From: Camelus dromedarius
Taxonomy: Eukaryota
NCBI RefSeq assembly: GCF_036321535.1
Contig: NC_087436.1
Span: 60,142,001 to 60,206,000 of the forward strand
Direction: 5' to 3'
DNA length: 64,000 nt
The notes below the pieces were generated by a model. The model saw only the letters and a list, made by a program, of their open reading frames with translations, was not told the origin of the DNA and did not search any database. The translations under genes and the position numbers were made by a program. This document shows positions 50,466-63,940 of this stretch, piece after piece. The stretch's first letter is position 1. Each line of letters opens with the position of its first letter.

Positions 50466-53064
50466 GTAAATAAATATGAAGAAACACAAAAATCAATCAA
50501 AATCCAAGCTCATAACTTTTACAAGTGGTAGGACTTAATGACCCTACAGTTCTGAGGAATTCTGCCTTGCTATTGCTCTTAGTTTCTGAAAAATAAAACT
50601 CAGAAGGATTATAGCCCAGTGTACGATAAAGAAGAAACCATAGCAACATTATGAGTGGCCTATTGTGTTGACTAATACACACATACAAATTCATAACATG
50701 CAGTGTTCCAAACCTATCACTGTTTTAAAAAACAATAAGTGAACAATTAATTCTAACAGTTCATAAAAGCAAAACACAAGTATGGAAAAATACAAAGGGA
50801 CTTGTTATTCATACAGGAGCCAGAGGGTATTCCAAACTACACAAAATGTAGTATATTATACTAACTGCATCTTTATGCTTGACAAAGACTAAATACCAGT
50901 AGTTCAGAGTCTTGGAAACCAAAGCTCTGCCTATTATCAATTAGTATATTTGAAATTAGTTCACTGTTTAAGAAAAAGTACTATACTGAATGAATTTAGC
51001 ACTGATTATCCTAAGTCTCCCTCATACATTTTTTTTTTGTTCAGTTTTACTTTCCTTTAAAAAAGAGGAAAAGGAGAGGGGTGGAAAAGTTAGTCATAGT
51101 ACAAGTTGGGTTTGCATAAATTTTTAATTATAAAATATTGTTTCTATTAGTCAGGAAAATTATCTCATTTCAACAAAATTATTAACCATGGTAGCAATTA
51201 TAAAGTAAGTTTGATTAGACCAAATTTGGATAATACTTTCGGGGAGAACAAAAGGGGTAATTAAATAATTAACTAGGATTTTTAGCAAATTTGATTATAG
51301 ACTTTAGATCTTCTTTATTTGAACAAAAGGGAAATAATAAGCAGAAGTTCAATATGACTTGAAAAATCAATTCTTCTCTTCTAGCATTAATATAATAAAT
51401 GTTACAATATTTATGAATTTGGCTTATGATATTTTAATTAAATTTTCTATGTTAAAATGTTATTTTTAAGTTTAGAAATCTCAGGAAAAGAAAGTAAAAC
51501 ATTAAAATTACAAACCTATTTCAAAATCAGTATTTTTAAGCCTGAAGATTGCTGATTTCAGCAGATACATCAATGGATTCCTTACAAAAGATCAGGATGA
51601 TCTCTGAATTTCTGTGTTATCAGACACTCTTGAAAAAGTCAAAGATACATAAAGAGATTAGTAAAAAGACTGACAATTTGAACTTTTCTAAGTAAAAGAT
51701 GAACCTGTTGAAAAATGAGTTTAAAGTTGTAATCAAACTAAAGATAACATAAAGATAGTCACAGTAAATGGAAAGATTATAATAATCTAAAAGGTTGCAG
51801 GGCTTTTATGCTAGTTAAAACTATCCTGTTCATACAAACCTTGCAGATAGATATTTCTGAAAAGAATCTATTGATTCTTCATCACTTTTTTCAAAGAAAG
51901 AGCTCTTTTTGGACAGATGTGTTAGTGCATTACTATCAAAAGGTCTCTTACATGATTGATTTGAAATAGTTCTTTGAAATTTAAAGGTCAATAAGCATCT
52001 CTTCTAGTGCTAACTGTAGATGGTGCATTGAAGTTTTCTGCAAAAGCTGAATCCTTTTAGAGTTGAAATTTGCCAAGAAGAAGTTGACTGAAATTTCATG
52101 TTAGACCTCCCACAGGGTCTCATTTTGCAAAAGCAAGTGTCAAAAAACATTTCGCCATGGTATAGAAAGATTTTTAAAATCTGTTTCTGTTTCTATTATA
52201 ACATAGTACCAATCCTGTATGTTACAGCAACTCATATTTCACCTTTGCCTCTGAAAAAAGCTAGTGACTTCAAATGCTCAAATACTTTATACACCATTGC
52301 TTCAGCTATTGGAAGTATAAAACAGTGGGCTAGGAGTACTGAATTTTTTAAAGCTTCTCTTTTATTAAATGGTGATAGGAATGCCTATAAACTAATTTTA
52401 AAAATATACACCTAAAAGCTGGCTAAAAACAACTCGATTTGGGATAGTTCATTGATTATTTTAAGGCAGTTAGCATTGACAATACAGTGTTTCCATTTCA
52501 ACCTTACTCATATTTTATGAGAACATTTCCTACATTCCTGAAATTCACAAAACTTAGTGTACTTTCAAAAGACAATCTCTAGATTTTCTTCATAAGAGTA
52601 ACCAAATTACTAAGATTATACTAAGACTGTAAGAATTACTTCCTCTTATGCTATATAAGATTTTTCTGATCTGCTCTTAGTTTAGCTAGTAAGTTTAGAG
52701 CTTCCATGTTTTTTCAGTTTTTGAAAAACAAAGTGCACTTTTATTTAAACAACCCATTGAACTTTGGCCTTCCAGCTATTAACCAGTCATAAAGTAATAG
52801 TATAAATCAAAACCAAAAAATGAGATCATATATTCCACAGCTCAATAAACTCTATATTTATATACCAACTTTGTATATACACAGTACAAGTGATTTAGCT
52901 GAACTCAGACTTTAAAGAATTTATGTTTTAAAGCTGGGGGACATTCAAAATACCATTAAGTCTCAACCTCTAGTCATTTAGAGTATAGTAAGATGCAGTA
53001 TACATAACTGATCTATTTATCTATATAAGTACCACTAATAAAGTTCAAACTAACAAGTATGTAA

Positions 53065-53310
53065 ATAACAAGAGCTGCCAGTTACTAACTATAGTTTATA
53101 TGCTGGATACTTCACCGACTGCCCTTCAATCATGATTTTACTTAATCTTCATAACAGTGGTACAGCATAGACAATAGCATGCCCACTTTTAGAGGAGAAA
53201 ATTAAGGCTTAGGTTAAATAAGCTGCACAAAATTAAGTTACTGATAACTCAGTGGGCTGGAATTCTCACTGAGGCTGCTTATTCCAAACAAAAATCTTTT
53301 CACCATAATG
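53065..53310 (-). mobile_element. MIR
   Basis: ttaatcttcataacag...cccacttttagaggagaaaattaaggctt. Confidence 0.6.
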
Positions 53311-53687
53311 TCGCGGTCCTAGAATAAAAACCAGGGAGCTCTTGTCTTCCTAAGGCATCATACTGTGACTACTGATCCACTGGACCTACAAAAACCACCC
53401 AAATTAATACACCAACACATTCCATAAAAACTTAATGAATTTAAACTGAATGAACGACAGACTGTCATAAATTTACAGTTGATACAGTACAAATTTACAT
53501 GCATAAGCATTTTAAATATCCATCATGATCACCTAATACATTATATAGAGAATGAAATCAAACTCTCTGATTTCAAAGTTTCTAGTGTGTATCTTTAACT
53601 TTAGCTTCCTTGTTCTAGGCACCAGACTTTTAGGAAGTTTATTGAAAACACCAAAGGACATTTTCCTCATCTATTCTTTCTCTTGTT

Positions 53688-53691
53688 TATA

Positions 53692-53722
<31 letters not shown>

Positions 53723-53726
53723 TTTT
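53688..53726. repeat. (TA)n-T(n) microsatellite
   Basis: Read directly from the sequence. Confidence 0.9.
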
Positions 53727-54799
53727 AAATCAGGTACGGTACATTTTTAAAATGCACGAATATCTTCCAGCAAGCAGAATTGTTCTAAGCTTTTAATGAT
53801 CTGTATTTAAAAATAACTGGAATATTAGTGTTATTGAGCAAAAATAATGTTAAGTGGCTTTCTCGGATAGCACTCAAGAGAGTACAGGTACAAATGAGAT
53901 TAAAGAACTATGCAGTAGGTAAAACTACGGGATCAGGGGATCAAATGGAGTAATAGCTTTCAAGACTATGTACTGCAAATTTACAGTTCTCCAAATGATT
54001 TTGTCTCTATTATCTTAATCTATAAAATAATTTCTTGAGCAGAAAAATGTCTCCAAGGTCTCTTGTTTTCATACTTAGCTCTTCAATTCCAAATTCAATG
54101 TCCTTACCACTGTACTAGGAAGTGGCCCTCTAGGCAGTACAACATATGAAGTATGACCATAGATTTCTCACTCACTTAGCAACTCTATAATGTACTGAAC
54201 ACCAGCTAACTGGCAGGAACATGTTACAAATTTGAGATTTGTCTGTGAACAAAATAGACCTGGCGCTGCCCTGAGGGTAGCTTTAGAAGACTAGGTCTCT
54301 CATATGACAGTTAGAATTAGTCTTATTATTCAGAATTATGCATCCATGGTTCCTTACACATTCACCTGAAGAATATCAATTTTATTTTTTTACCAATAAA
54401 CTTGCCATTTACTAGAAAATAATGATACCCTGCTGCCCTCAGTACACATGAGGTGCTCCTGAGGCTCTCAATGGGGTGTCATTTGTATGCTGCAGTGGTA
54501 ATAAGCATCCTAATAAAATTTATTCTAAGATTTACCTATTTGTGTTACACACGCTTTCCTCCAGAAAGAAAAAAAAAAGTGTGTTCTCATTTTTATTTTA
54601 TAGATGTCTACATACTTTCATGACATGAAGGAAAATATTAGTGGTACACTTTTAAATTATTCTTTCTTTTTATTCAGACCTGATCCTCTAGAAATACAAC
54701 ACTTAAAAATTGAACTAACTTCCTACTGTAGCAAACCACCTTCCACTCGAAAGAAAGATTTTCACCTATTCTGTTTCATCCATTTACATTACTGGCAAT

Positions 54800-55050
54800 G
54801 TAAATTATCTTCATTAGTAACTGTTATGGGCCAGGAACCCTGCACTAGGTGACCTGCATATTTTCTTGACGACAATCCTAATCCTTAAGTGCTATTATTA
54901 TCCTCACTTTCATACAAGAAAATAGTCTTAGTGATGTTAGTTATGTTTTTCAAGGTCATAAAACTACAGTGAGGCAGCAATGGTAGAATTCAAACCTAGG
55001 ACTTAATGGCTCCAAAGCTGAAATTCACAACCTCTATTGCAATACTGCTT
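54800..55050 (-). mobile_element. MIR
   Basis: attattatcctcactttcatacaag...caaggtcata...gaattcaaacctagg. Confidence 0.65.
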
Positions 55051-58000
55051 CTCAAAATAAAAAAATGAATGTTTATTGAATAAATTAATAAGATGTGCTT
55101 TTATTTTCTTTTCATATTCTCTCCATTCTGTTCTTTTTATACCTTTATAACTAGCGGGAGTCTTTTTCCTGTTGGTTTTGGCAAATTCAGGGAGAGAGAC
55201 AATTCCTTATATATAACCTAACTCAATGCCAATGTTTTTAATGTTGAGTAGAAAATACCCATATTCTATAAGTCACAATTTAGCTCTTTATTCCATGTGG
55301 GGAAATATGATTTATTATTGCTTTGGTTTTATTTGTCTGGATTCACAAAAAAAATGTAAATTTCTTAAAGGCAGGAAGAGTTATTGTGATGAATCCTTCT
55401 CATGTTGCCACTTCATAAGAATGATGGAATTTCCACCCTTCATTAGAGGAGACTGTTGGAGGAAATACTATCAGCCCCTCTCCTAAATCTTTACCAGTTC
55501 CTTGCCCAGATATGAGATGTCTGACCATCCAGAACCTATGGTGTTGCTGGGATGCTTTCCATAAGTGGGTGCAGCCACTATGAGTTAAAGGCCAGTTAAG
55601 AGCAAGCCCCTTCATGCTCTCCATCATGTACTTTAAGCACTCCCCCAGTGTAGTAATAGGACTGCCTCTCTCTCTAGTCTTTCTACTTTCTCTTGGTAAC
55701 TCCCACTTCACTATTTTGACCATGGATTAAATGATACTGGTCAACAAAGGACCAGGCAATACAGGTCAACTTGGCTTAGGCACTGGGGGCAAATAACCTC
55801 TTTCTGACTACCTATCTCATCCTGGTGGACAGGTTTCACACCAGTTGTACACCCGACGCTCAGACCGATACAATTACAAAATAGGCAGAGACACAATGAA
55901 AAAGAGGCCTCATTTATGGACTCTAAGCAGTATCAGGCAATAGTTTTCTAGGGAGCTGTACACTGGGAGGGCTTGCCCAGCCATGTCTTCCACTTTTTCT
56001 ATAAATCCTGTAACAGTTTAGTAAGTTATATACATAAATAACTGCTCAATCAAGCTATCCCAAAGAGAAACCATAAATTATAGGCAAAGCAATGTTCCTT
56101 AAATATTTTTAGATATAACACTCAATTCTCAATAGGTTTTTTTGATTTTTGTTAAGAACAGAGCATAAACTTTGGTGTTCTTTTTCAATTTGTATTAGCT
56201 ATAAAAACTTAACATTTTATGTATTTTATGAGCAGAGTTTCAAATTTTCTATTTTCAAGTTGCTGCTGCTGCTAACCATTTTGTTCCAAGTACCAGGAAG
56301 AAATCCTTGGTTCCTATTAACAGCTGCACCTAGCATCTTGCCCAAAGAAGTGCTCTTTCCTAATCACGGAAGAGCTGACGAGAGATGACAGAGCAACCAG
56401 ATGGCAGTTTGGCAAAAGCAGCAAATGCAGGACAAAATAGGGTTTGAGCTAACTGAAATACTATCAGTATTGTCTTCGAGCAAGTGGCCAAGAATTGCCT
56501 GCCCTTTAGAATTTGTGAATTAATCAAGCATGCACACACACACACACCTATGAATAGCTCCTGTGATACTGAAATGTGAGGAGGAATTATTGGAGAGCTG
56601 AGAAATGAAAAGTTTTGTCCTTTAGTGTAAGTAAAAGCAGCAAACACTTGTGAGCAATTCTCTGCATTTTGATGAAATCTCTGTCTTCTGACCATGACCA
56701 GCTCCTTGTGGACAGATAATCTCATTATCAAGAAACAGCTCCTGAGGTAGTTCTAAACACAACAATGCACAAGGCCTTGAACTTTCCCCACAATGACTGT
56801 CACAGGAGTCCCAGTGGAGCAGACTGCTTTTCATCACGAACGCAAATACGGATAGGAATGCTCATATTTACTCTTTGGGAGGAGTCCTTTCTCTAGTTAG
56901 TGTCTGACCCTGAGGTAGGTGGTTTTATTCACTGTTGTAGATGTGCTTGCTAAGCCACATGGCATTTCCTGTACTTTATCATTTTGACCAACTATAGTCA
57001 TTAAAAATTAAAGCCAAATCACAGTGTATAAATGTTTAATTCTCTGTGGTCTCATGCCTCTAATCAGAAAAACTATTCCAGAAAAGCCTTTATTGTTCCA
57101 CAAACAACAACAAAATGTAAGCAGATGTTGATTCTACCCCCACATGCTCCTTTTTTAGTGGTAACTATAAAAATCATGTGTCACCATATTAAACTATATA
57201 TTCCACATTTTTTCTCCTAGTAAAGAATAAAGCTCATACTATATTGAAAATATTCCTTTCACCCTCTGCCAATAATATTTAAAATTAAACAGACATACAT
57301 AGTTATCTGTTAGGAAAATCTCAGGAATAAAATCATTCCGTGAGGAAACTAAACCTTCAAGAACCACCACACATGTTTGCCATCCAACTGCAAAAGTAAT
57401 ATATTTTTGCATATGAAGCAAATATATGGAAAGAGAGAATAAATCCTGCAGAGAAACAGAGTAAGAAAAAGGAACATAAAAATATCGAACATAGATAATG
57501 TAACTATGTGTATGTTTTTACATACACATATATACATATACACACATATCTATATATTCACACTAAACAAACTTGCACACATTTATATACTCAGTGCACT
57601 TCAAAAGTCAGCTATCTCAGACTTGGAATTAAAAAGCTAAAAGGGGCATTGGGAGGTCATCTGAGGAGATTCTTTCCTTTAGGCAATTTAATGCTTAAAC
57701 CACCAAAGACCTGGCTGTCTATTCTATTTTAAGAGCTCTCCAGGGATGGCGATTCATTATAGCCCACATTGTACTGTACTTGTAATAGACTCACAGGTGC
57801 CTTTCTTGACAAAACCACATTTCACAGAGCCTTGGTCTGACAGGCTTTCGTGGGCACCTTCTATATACACACCTTACTTGTTGTAATAGCATGGCAGTTA
57901 AAGGATTTAGTTTCACTTGAAAATGCAGTCAAAGAGTTCAAAAGGTACGGATTTGTATGTTAAAATGATGTTAATTTTTGCAACACTGCTGCCAGCCACA

Positions 58001-58796
58001 GGCCAGCCATTCATTTCCAACGCCCCTGGGCTAACCCTAGGCAAAAATATAAAGAAGATAAAATTTGTTTTCTGAGTCCACACCCTCTCAAACCCTCTTT
58101 ATTTGCTTGTAGCAACCTTCTTTTGCCATTACTCATCAGCACTGCATCAAGTTAATCAGATTTTTTTCTACTCTGATAGTAATAGTCACCTAGCCTATTT
58201 CTCACTTACTCAGGTCAATTCTTTTTGAAAATTGTTAATCTGAAAAACACTAATCCAGGCTGAGATATCAAGAAGGAGCTAATGGTTTAATAATAACATT
58301 TTGCAGTTACTAGTGAGTTTATAATTTTACTAAGTGCCATGCATAATGATAATTCCATCAAAATAATAGTTCTTTATATTTTCAAATTTATTCTGCAACT
58401 GAAAAAATATATGCATAACAGTGGCTCTGCCAAACTCAACCTTACTTCCAAACCTTTGAAAATATTCTAAATATAATACTATGATGATAAAACCCTGTGC
58501 ATTCACAAAGAACACTGAAAATGTACATATTCATTGTCACTAGTGAAAATGACTGGTATTCCAATTTTGAAAGCCCTTAAATCTCCACTACCCAATTTTA
58601 AACTTGAAAGGAAACAAAAGTAAAAGACACCATAGAGCTACATATATTAGTATCCATACCTCATAACCCAAGCTGGTGGTACAGGGAAGGCAATGGAGTA
58701 GAGTGGGAGGCAGGAAGAATAAATTAGCAGAATTTGCAAAGAATTATTTAAATAAATATTTTTCTTGGAAGAAATGCTACTACTTAACTGCTTCAA

Positions 58797-58844
58797 AAGA
58801 GTAAACCAATCTAAGAGTAAACCAATCTAAAAGTAAACCAATCT
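58797..58844 (+). repeat. 16-bp tandem repeat x3 (aagagtaaaccaatct)
   Basis: Read directly; one mismatch in the third unit. Confidence 0.9.
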
Positions 58845-59519
58845 AAAAGAGGCAAGGGATTTGCATGGTAGAAAATTGGAGAGCTTTCTTTCAGCTACAG
58901 CTTTCAGTCTCAAGAGCACAAAGAGCTGAATTTTAGCCAATTTTCCGACTGATTTTTTTGTTGTTGATGAGCTTGCTTTTTATTCTGCAATTGTTTCTAA
59001 TGTCTTCCAAAAAGAAAGAACGACACTAATTCTTTTATTTGAAATTGTGTATCACATGATCAGTAATTACAGATACAAAGCCTTTTCATCTTTGAAAGGA
59101 TAGCCAGTCCTTCAAGACACTATATTCATCCACAGTATTTACTCATATTTATCACTTCTCTCTCAAAGCAAAGTGAGACAGAACAAAAGGAATCAAAGTA
59201 TTATAAAAGACACTTTTAAAAATAGCAAATGAATGTCATAAATAAAAATATCACTTTCAGTGCAGATTTCTTAGAAACATTCTTAAACCAAGTTTGTGAA
59301 GCTTCCTTAATATGGCCAAAAAAACATAAAAAACTCTCAAATTTAACTGAAGCTTCTACAGAAGCCAATTAAGAAATGTCCAAAGTCTAGTAGTGCAGGA
59401 ATATTTGTTTATTTATGTGTACTCAGTTTACGTAGGAGTGAGTTTGTGAGAGTGAAGTGTAATAAGGGAGGTTGTTACCACCTACCACAGGGCATAGTTT
59501 GAAGGGTGGCAATATATAG

Positions 59520-59695
59520 CTACTGTATTTCATCAAATCTAAAACATCATTCATATCATGTTGTTATTTTACACATCACCAAGAATGAAAAAAGAATGCT
59601 TCCAATTATCCTATGAGTGAGTGTCTTATCACACCAATTTTGAGACTGTATCTTTGTTCTGAGAGATGTTAAAATGTAAAAAAATCTAAAATGGT
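59520..59695. mobile_element. TcMar-Tc2 (MER104/Kanga-like) remnant
   Basis: tactgtatttcatcaaatctaaaac resembles the TA-CCGTATTTCATCGATTCTAAG terminus; internal agagatgttaaaatgtaaaaaa. Confidence 0.5.
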
Positions 59696-61574
59696 GCTTC
59701 TCCCTAGTGATCTGTCAACAAGTTTTAGATTCTCACACTGAGCCATCTATTTAAATAAGGTTATGATTGTAAAAAGCCCTTTTAAAATGCAAATATTTTA
59801 CCCAGGAGGTGTTGCAGATTAAGCCATTAACAGTCATTAAGATGCATTTATCTATTAGCGGTCATTAAAACTGTAAGGAATATTAATTTATCAGATTATC
59901 AGAGCAAAGAGAAGGGGAAAAGGATGCAGAAAGAGATACAAAGAAAGAGTAGGTGCTCGGGCCTGTAGACTTTATCTACCACACAAAAGAGGCTTCTGGT
60001 GCACCATGAGAAGGAAAATGAGGAAATCTCATGCTGCAAAGTTGTGCTTTGAGGATACAAAGCAACAGAGGATGAGAGAAGTGAAAAACAGCAAAAACAG
60101 AAAACAAAAAAGCAAACTTTGCAGTTCTGCCTATATTCTAACATGAAGACAAATCAGAGATTCTTAGGATAGATGAGAAACCCCTAAAGAAACCAAACTT
60201 CTGATAAGGCTTCCAAGAATATTCAAAATATGAATTTCCTAATGGCAGTTCTATGTATACGTGTAATTTTTATATTGTTAAAGGATAAATACTTCAACTG
60301 TTCTAAAGACTAGGAAGCAGTTCACTCACTCATGGTTTCTATTTCTTATTTTATGATCTGTGAAGGTTTTCTCTCTCGAAGGTTTCAGAAAGACACTGAT
60401 TTATACTAAAATGACTCACAATGTTTGCTTTTGATACTAAGAGAAAAGTTCAAAGTTACCCAGGGTCAAATGTCTTAGGTTTTATATACAGCTGTGCCAC
60501 TGACTTCCTGCAAGACATGTAGAAATAATTTAAACTTACCCCACAGGAGTATAGCTCCCTGACACATGTTCCTTGAGGAAGACAGTAAGCATTTTTACTT
60601 TATGATAGAAACGCCATATAAAAATATGAAGGGTGCTGTAGGACTCTGAGCAAGTCCTTTAGCCTTTTAGCTGCATCATCTCTGAAGTAGAGATGATAAT
60701 ATTTGCCTAAAGACAGTGCCCTAAACAGATTATTTCTTGGTGATGAAGATCCAAGATTCATTGGTCTGTCCTACTCCTAGATATGTAAGATAGTTGAGAG
60801 CCACTGAATTCATATATTCCTTGGAAATGGGTAATTTTGCAACTCAATGTGAAAATGCCTAATTGTAAGGAACCTAATATGGCACAATATAAGCTGCAAT
60901 TCAACTCAGCAAACACACTGAACATCTGCCACCGCAAAAGCATCATGTAATCTGTATGAGGCTTGCCTCCACAAGGAGGAATGCAATAATCCTTTGTGAA
61001 AACAGAATGTCTTCCATCAGTAATAATGCCTCCCTTCCTTGAAATTGTATAAAGCACACTACTTTAAAGTACACATTCGATTACCAAGAATCATTTAGAC
61101 ATTTTCAATAGGGAGATTTATATATTATAAGCATGTATAATCCAGTCCATTGAACAAAACTAAAACTTTGCCTGATGACTAAGGGACATTATTTAATATC
61201 TTCCCTCTTGAGATTTAGAGAGTACCTTAGAATGGAAGGAAGTACAAACAGCACAGTCTCTCTTCTGTCAGTATTTCCTCCTCAGTACTTTATAATCAGC
61301 TCCCCAACTTTGTTTAGGTCTCAGACTTCCTGTTCTCTGAGATGCTTTCCCTAATCACAAGGCAAATGTGCTCCTCTGTTCATCGTGTACCCACACTGTA
61401 CATCGGACTTCTTTTTTCAAGGTGTGTATCGAGATCAACATTTAAAAATGATTAGTTTGCCTTTACAGCAATCATCTAGGGGAGATACGATGAGAATATG
61501 TTCACTGTTTTATCTTCAGTAGCTAACACAGATTGTATCTATATCACAGCAAGCTGCCAGAAAAAAATTAATCA

Positions 61575-63940
61575 TTAATATATAGGAAGATCAGTCACCA
61601 TGATCAAGTGGGACTTATCCCAGGGATGCAAGGATACATCAACATACAGAAATCAATAAATATGATACATCACATTAACAGAATGAAAAATAAAAATCAT
61701 ATGGTCATCTCAATAGATGCAGAAGAAGCATTTGATAAAATACATCCTTTCAATATAAAAAAAAAAAGGCTCAACAAATTGGGTATAAAAGAAATGTTCC
61801 TCAACATAATAAAGGCCATAAATGAAAAGCTTACAGCTAACATCAAACTCAATGGTAAATTTAAGATCCTCTTCTCTATGTTCAGGAACAAAAAAGGGAT
61901 GCTCACTGTTGCCATTTCTATTCAGCATTGTACTGGAAGTCCTACCTAGAGCAGTTAGGCAAGAAAAAGGAATAAAAGGCATCCATATCAGAAAAAAAAG
62001 GAGTAAAATTATTGCTGATGACAAGATCTTACATACAGAAAATCCTAAATACACCACTTAAAAACTGTTAGAACTAATAAATGCATTCAGTAAAGGTTCA
62101 GGATACAAAGTCAATATACAGAAATTGGTTGCATCTCTAAACCCTAACAAAAAGTTATCTGAAAAAGAAATTAAGAAAGCAATCCCATTTGCAATAGCAG
62201 TTAAATCAGTGAGATATTTAGAAATCAATTTAACAAAGGAGGAAAAAATATCTGAAAAATGAAAACTCTGAGATACTCATGAAATAGATTAAAGAAGACA
62301 CAAATAACTGAAGAGATATCCCATGTTCTTGAATTGGAAAAACTCACAGTGTGAAAATATCCATAATGCTACCCAAAGATACCTACAGATTCAAAGCAAT
62401 TCTAATCAAAATCCCAATGGCATTTCTCACAAAAATAGAAAAAATGTATCCTAAAATGTGTTGGTAACTACAAAATACCATGAATAGCCAAAGCAATCCT
62501 GAGAAAGAACAAAACTAGAGGCGATACACCACCTGATTTCAATCTATATTACAAAGCTATAGTGATCAAAACAGCATGGCGCTGGCATAAAAAAAGGCAC
62601 ATAAACTAGTGGAACAGAATAGAGTCCAGACATACACCTATACATGTATGGTCAAATAAGTTTTCACAAGGGTGACAAAAATACACAATGGGAAAAGGAG
62701 GGTCTCTTACTTGGTGTTTGGAAAACTAGATATCCATATGTTAAAGAATGAAACTGGACCCCTATCTAACACAACTCACGAAAAATAACTTGAAATGGGT
62801 CAAAGATTTAAATGAAAGAACAGAATCTGTAAAACTTCTAGAAGAACACATAGGGGAAAAGATCCCTAACATTAGCCATGGCAGTGATTTCTTGGAAAAG
62901 GTACCAAAAGCACAGGCAACAAAAACTAAAATAAGCAAGCAGGACTACATTAAACTAAAGAGCTTCTGTATGGCAAAGGAAACAATCAAATTGAAAAGGC
63001 GACCCAAATAAACATTTTTCTAAAGAAGACATACAATTGGTCAATGGGTAATATGAAAACATGATCAATATCACTAATCATCTGGGAAATGCAGATCAAA
63101 ACCACAATGAGATATCACCTCACACCTGTTAGGATGGCTATCACTAAAAAGACAAAAGATAGTAAATGCTGGCAAGGATGTGGAAAAAGGGAGCCCTTAT
63201 ACATTGTTCATACAACTATAAAATGGTACAGCTATTACAGAAGACAGTATGACGGTTCCTAAAAAAGTAAAAATTGATCCACCATATGATCCAGTAATCC
63301 TACTCCTGAGCATACATCTAAAGGAATTGAAGTCAGTATCTGGAAGAGATATCTGCACATTCCAGTTCATAGCAGCATTATTCACAATAGCCAAAATATG
63401 GAATCAACCTAAATGTCCAACAGGGGATAAATGGATAAAGGAGATCACACACACAGAGTGGAATATTATCAGTCATGAGAAAGAAGGAAATCCTGCCATC
63501 TGTATGACATGGATGGACTTTGAGAGTATCATGTTAAGTGAGATAAGTCAGAGAAAAAAATGCTGTATGACATCACTTACATGTGGAATTTAAAAATGCT
63601 AAACTCATGGAAACCAAAAGTGGAGTGGTGATTACCAGGGTCTGAAGGCTGGGAACATTAGGCAGATGTTCTTAAAGGGCACAAACTTACAATATGTACA
63701 TATGTAAGTTCTGAAGATCTACTGCACAGCACAGTCAACAATACCGTAATATATACTTCAAAGCTGCTAAGAGATTAAATCTTAATTGTTCTCACCACAA
63801 AAAGGAAATAACATACATGTGGCATGATAGCGATGTTAAGTAACCCTAAGGTGATAATCATCTTATAAATGTAACAAACCAACACCGCTGTGCAACTTAA
63901 ACCTACACAATGCTATATGTCAATTATATCTCAATAGAAA
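61575..63940 (+). mobile_element. L1 (L1MA-type) ORF2 3' half plus 3'UTR, inserted in an L2 tail
   Basis: ORF peptides [32 protein letters not shown] and [18 protein letters not shown]. 3' end tgtcaattatatctcaata. L2 3' end is split: gttcactgttttatcttcagtagc before, catttgttgaatgaatg after. Confidence 0.95.

Larger units (their letters stand above)
45280..52537 (-). pseudogene. Candidate decayed multi-exon gene, RGS-domain-like (RGS22/RGSL1 type)
   Basis: AG..GT-bounded segments at 52537-52508, 52384-51840, 51628-51516, 48698-48513, 46387-46208 and 45463-45280 with compatible phases. Two are fully open (186 and 180 nt); the others contain stops or frameshifts. Translations resemble RGS helices by eye; no search was run. 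Confidence 0.4.

Noticed and set aside
51840..52384. FSIP2-like assignment for the large exon relic
   Set aside because: Only a superficial helix pattern; no extended match to recalled FSIP2 sequence.
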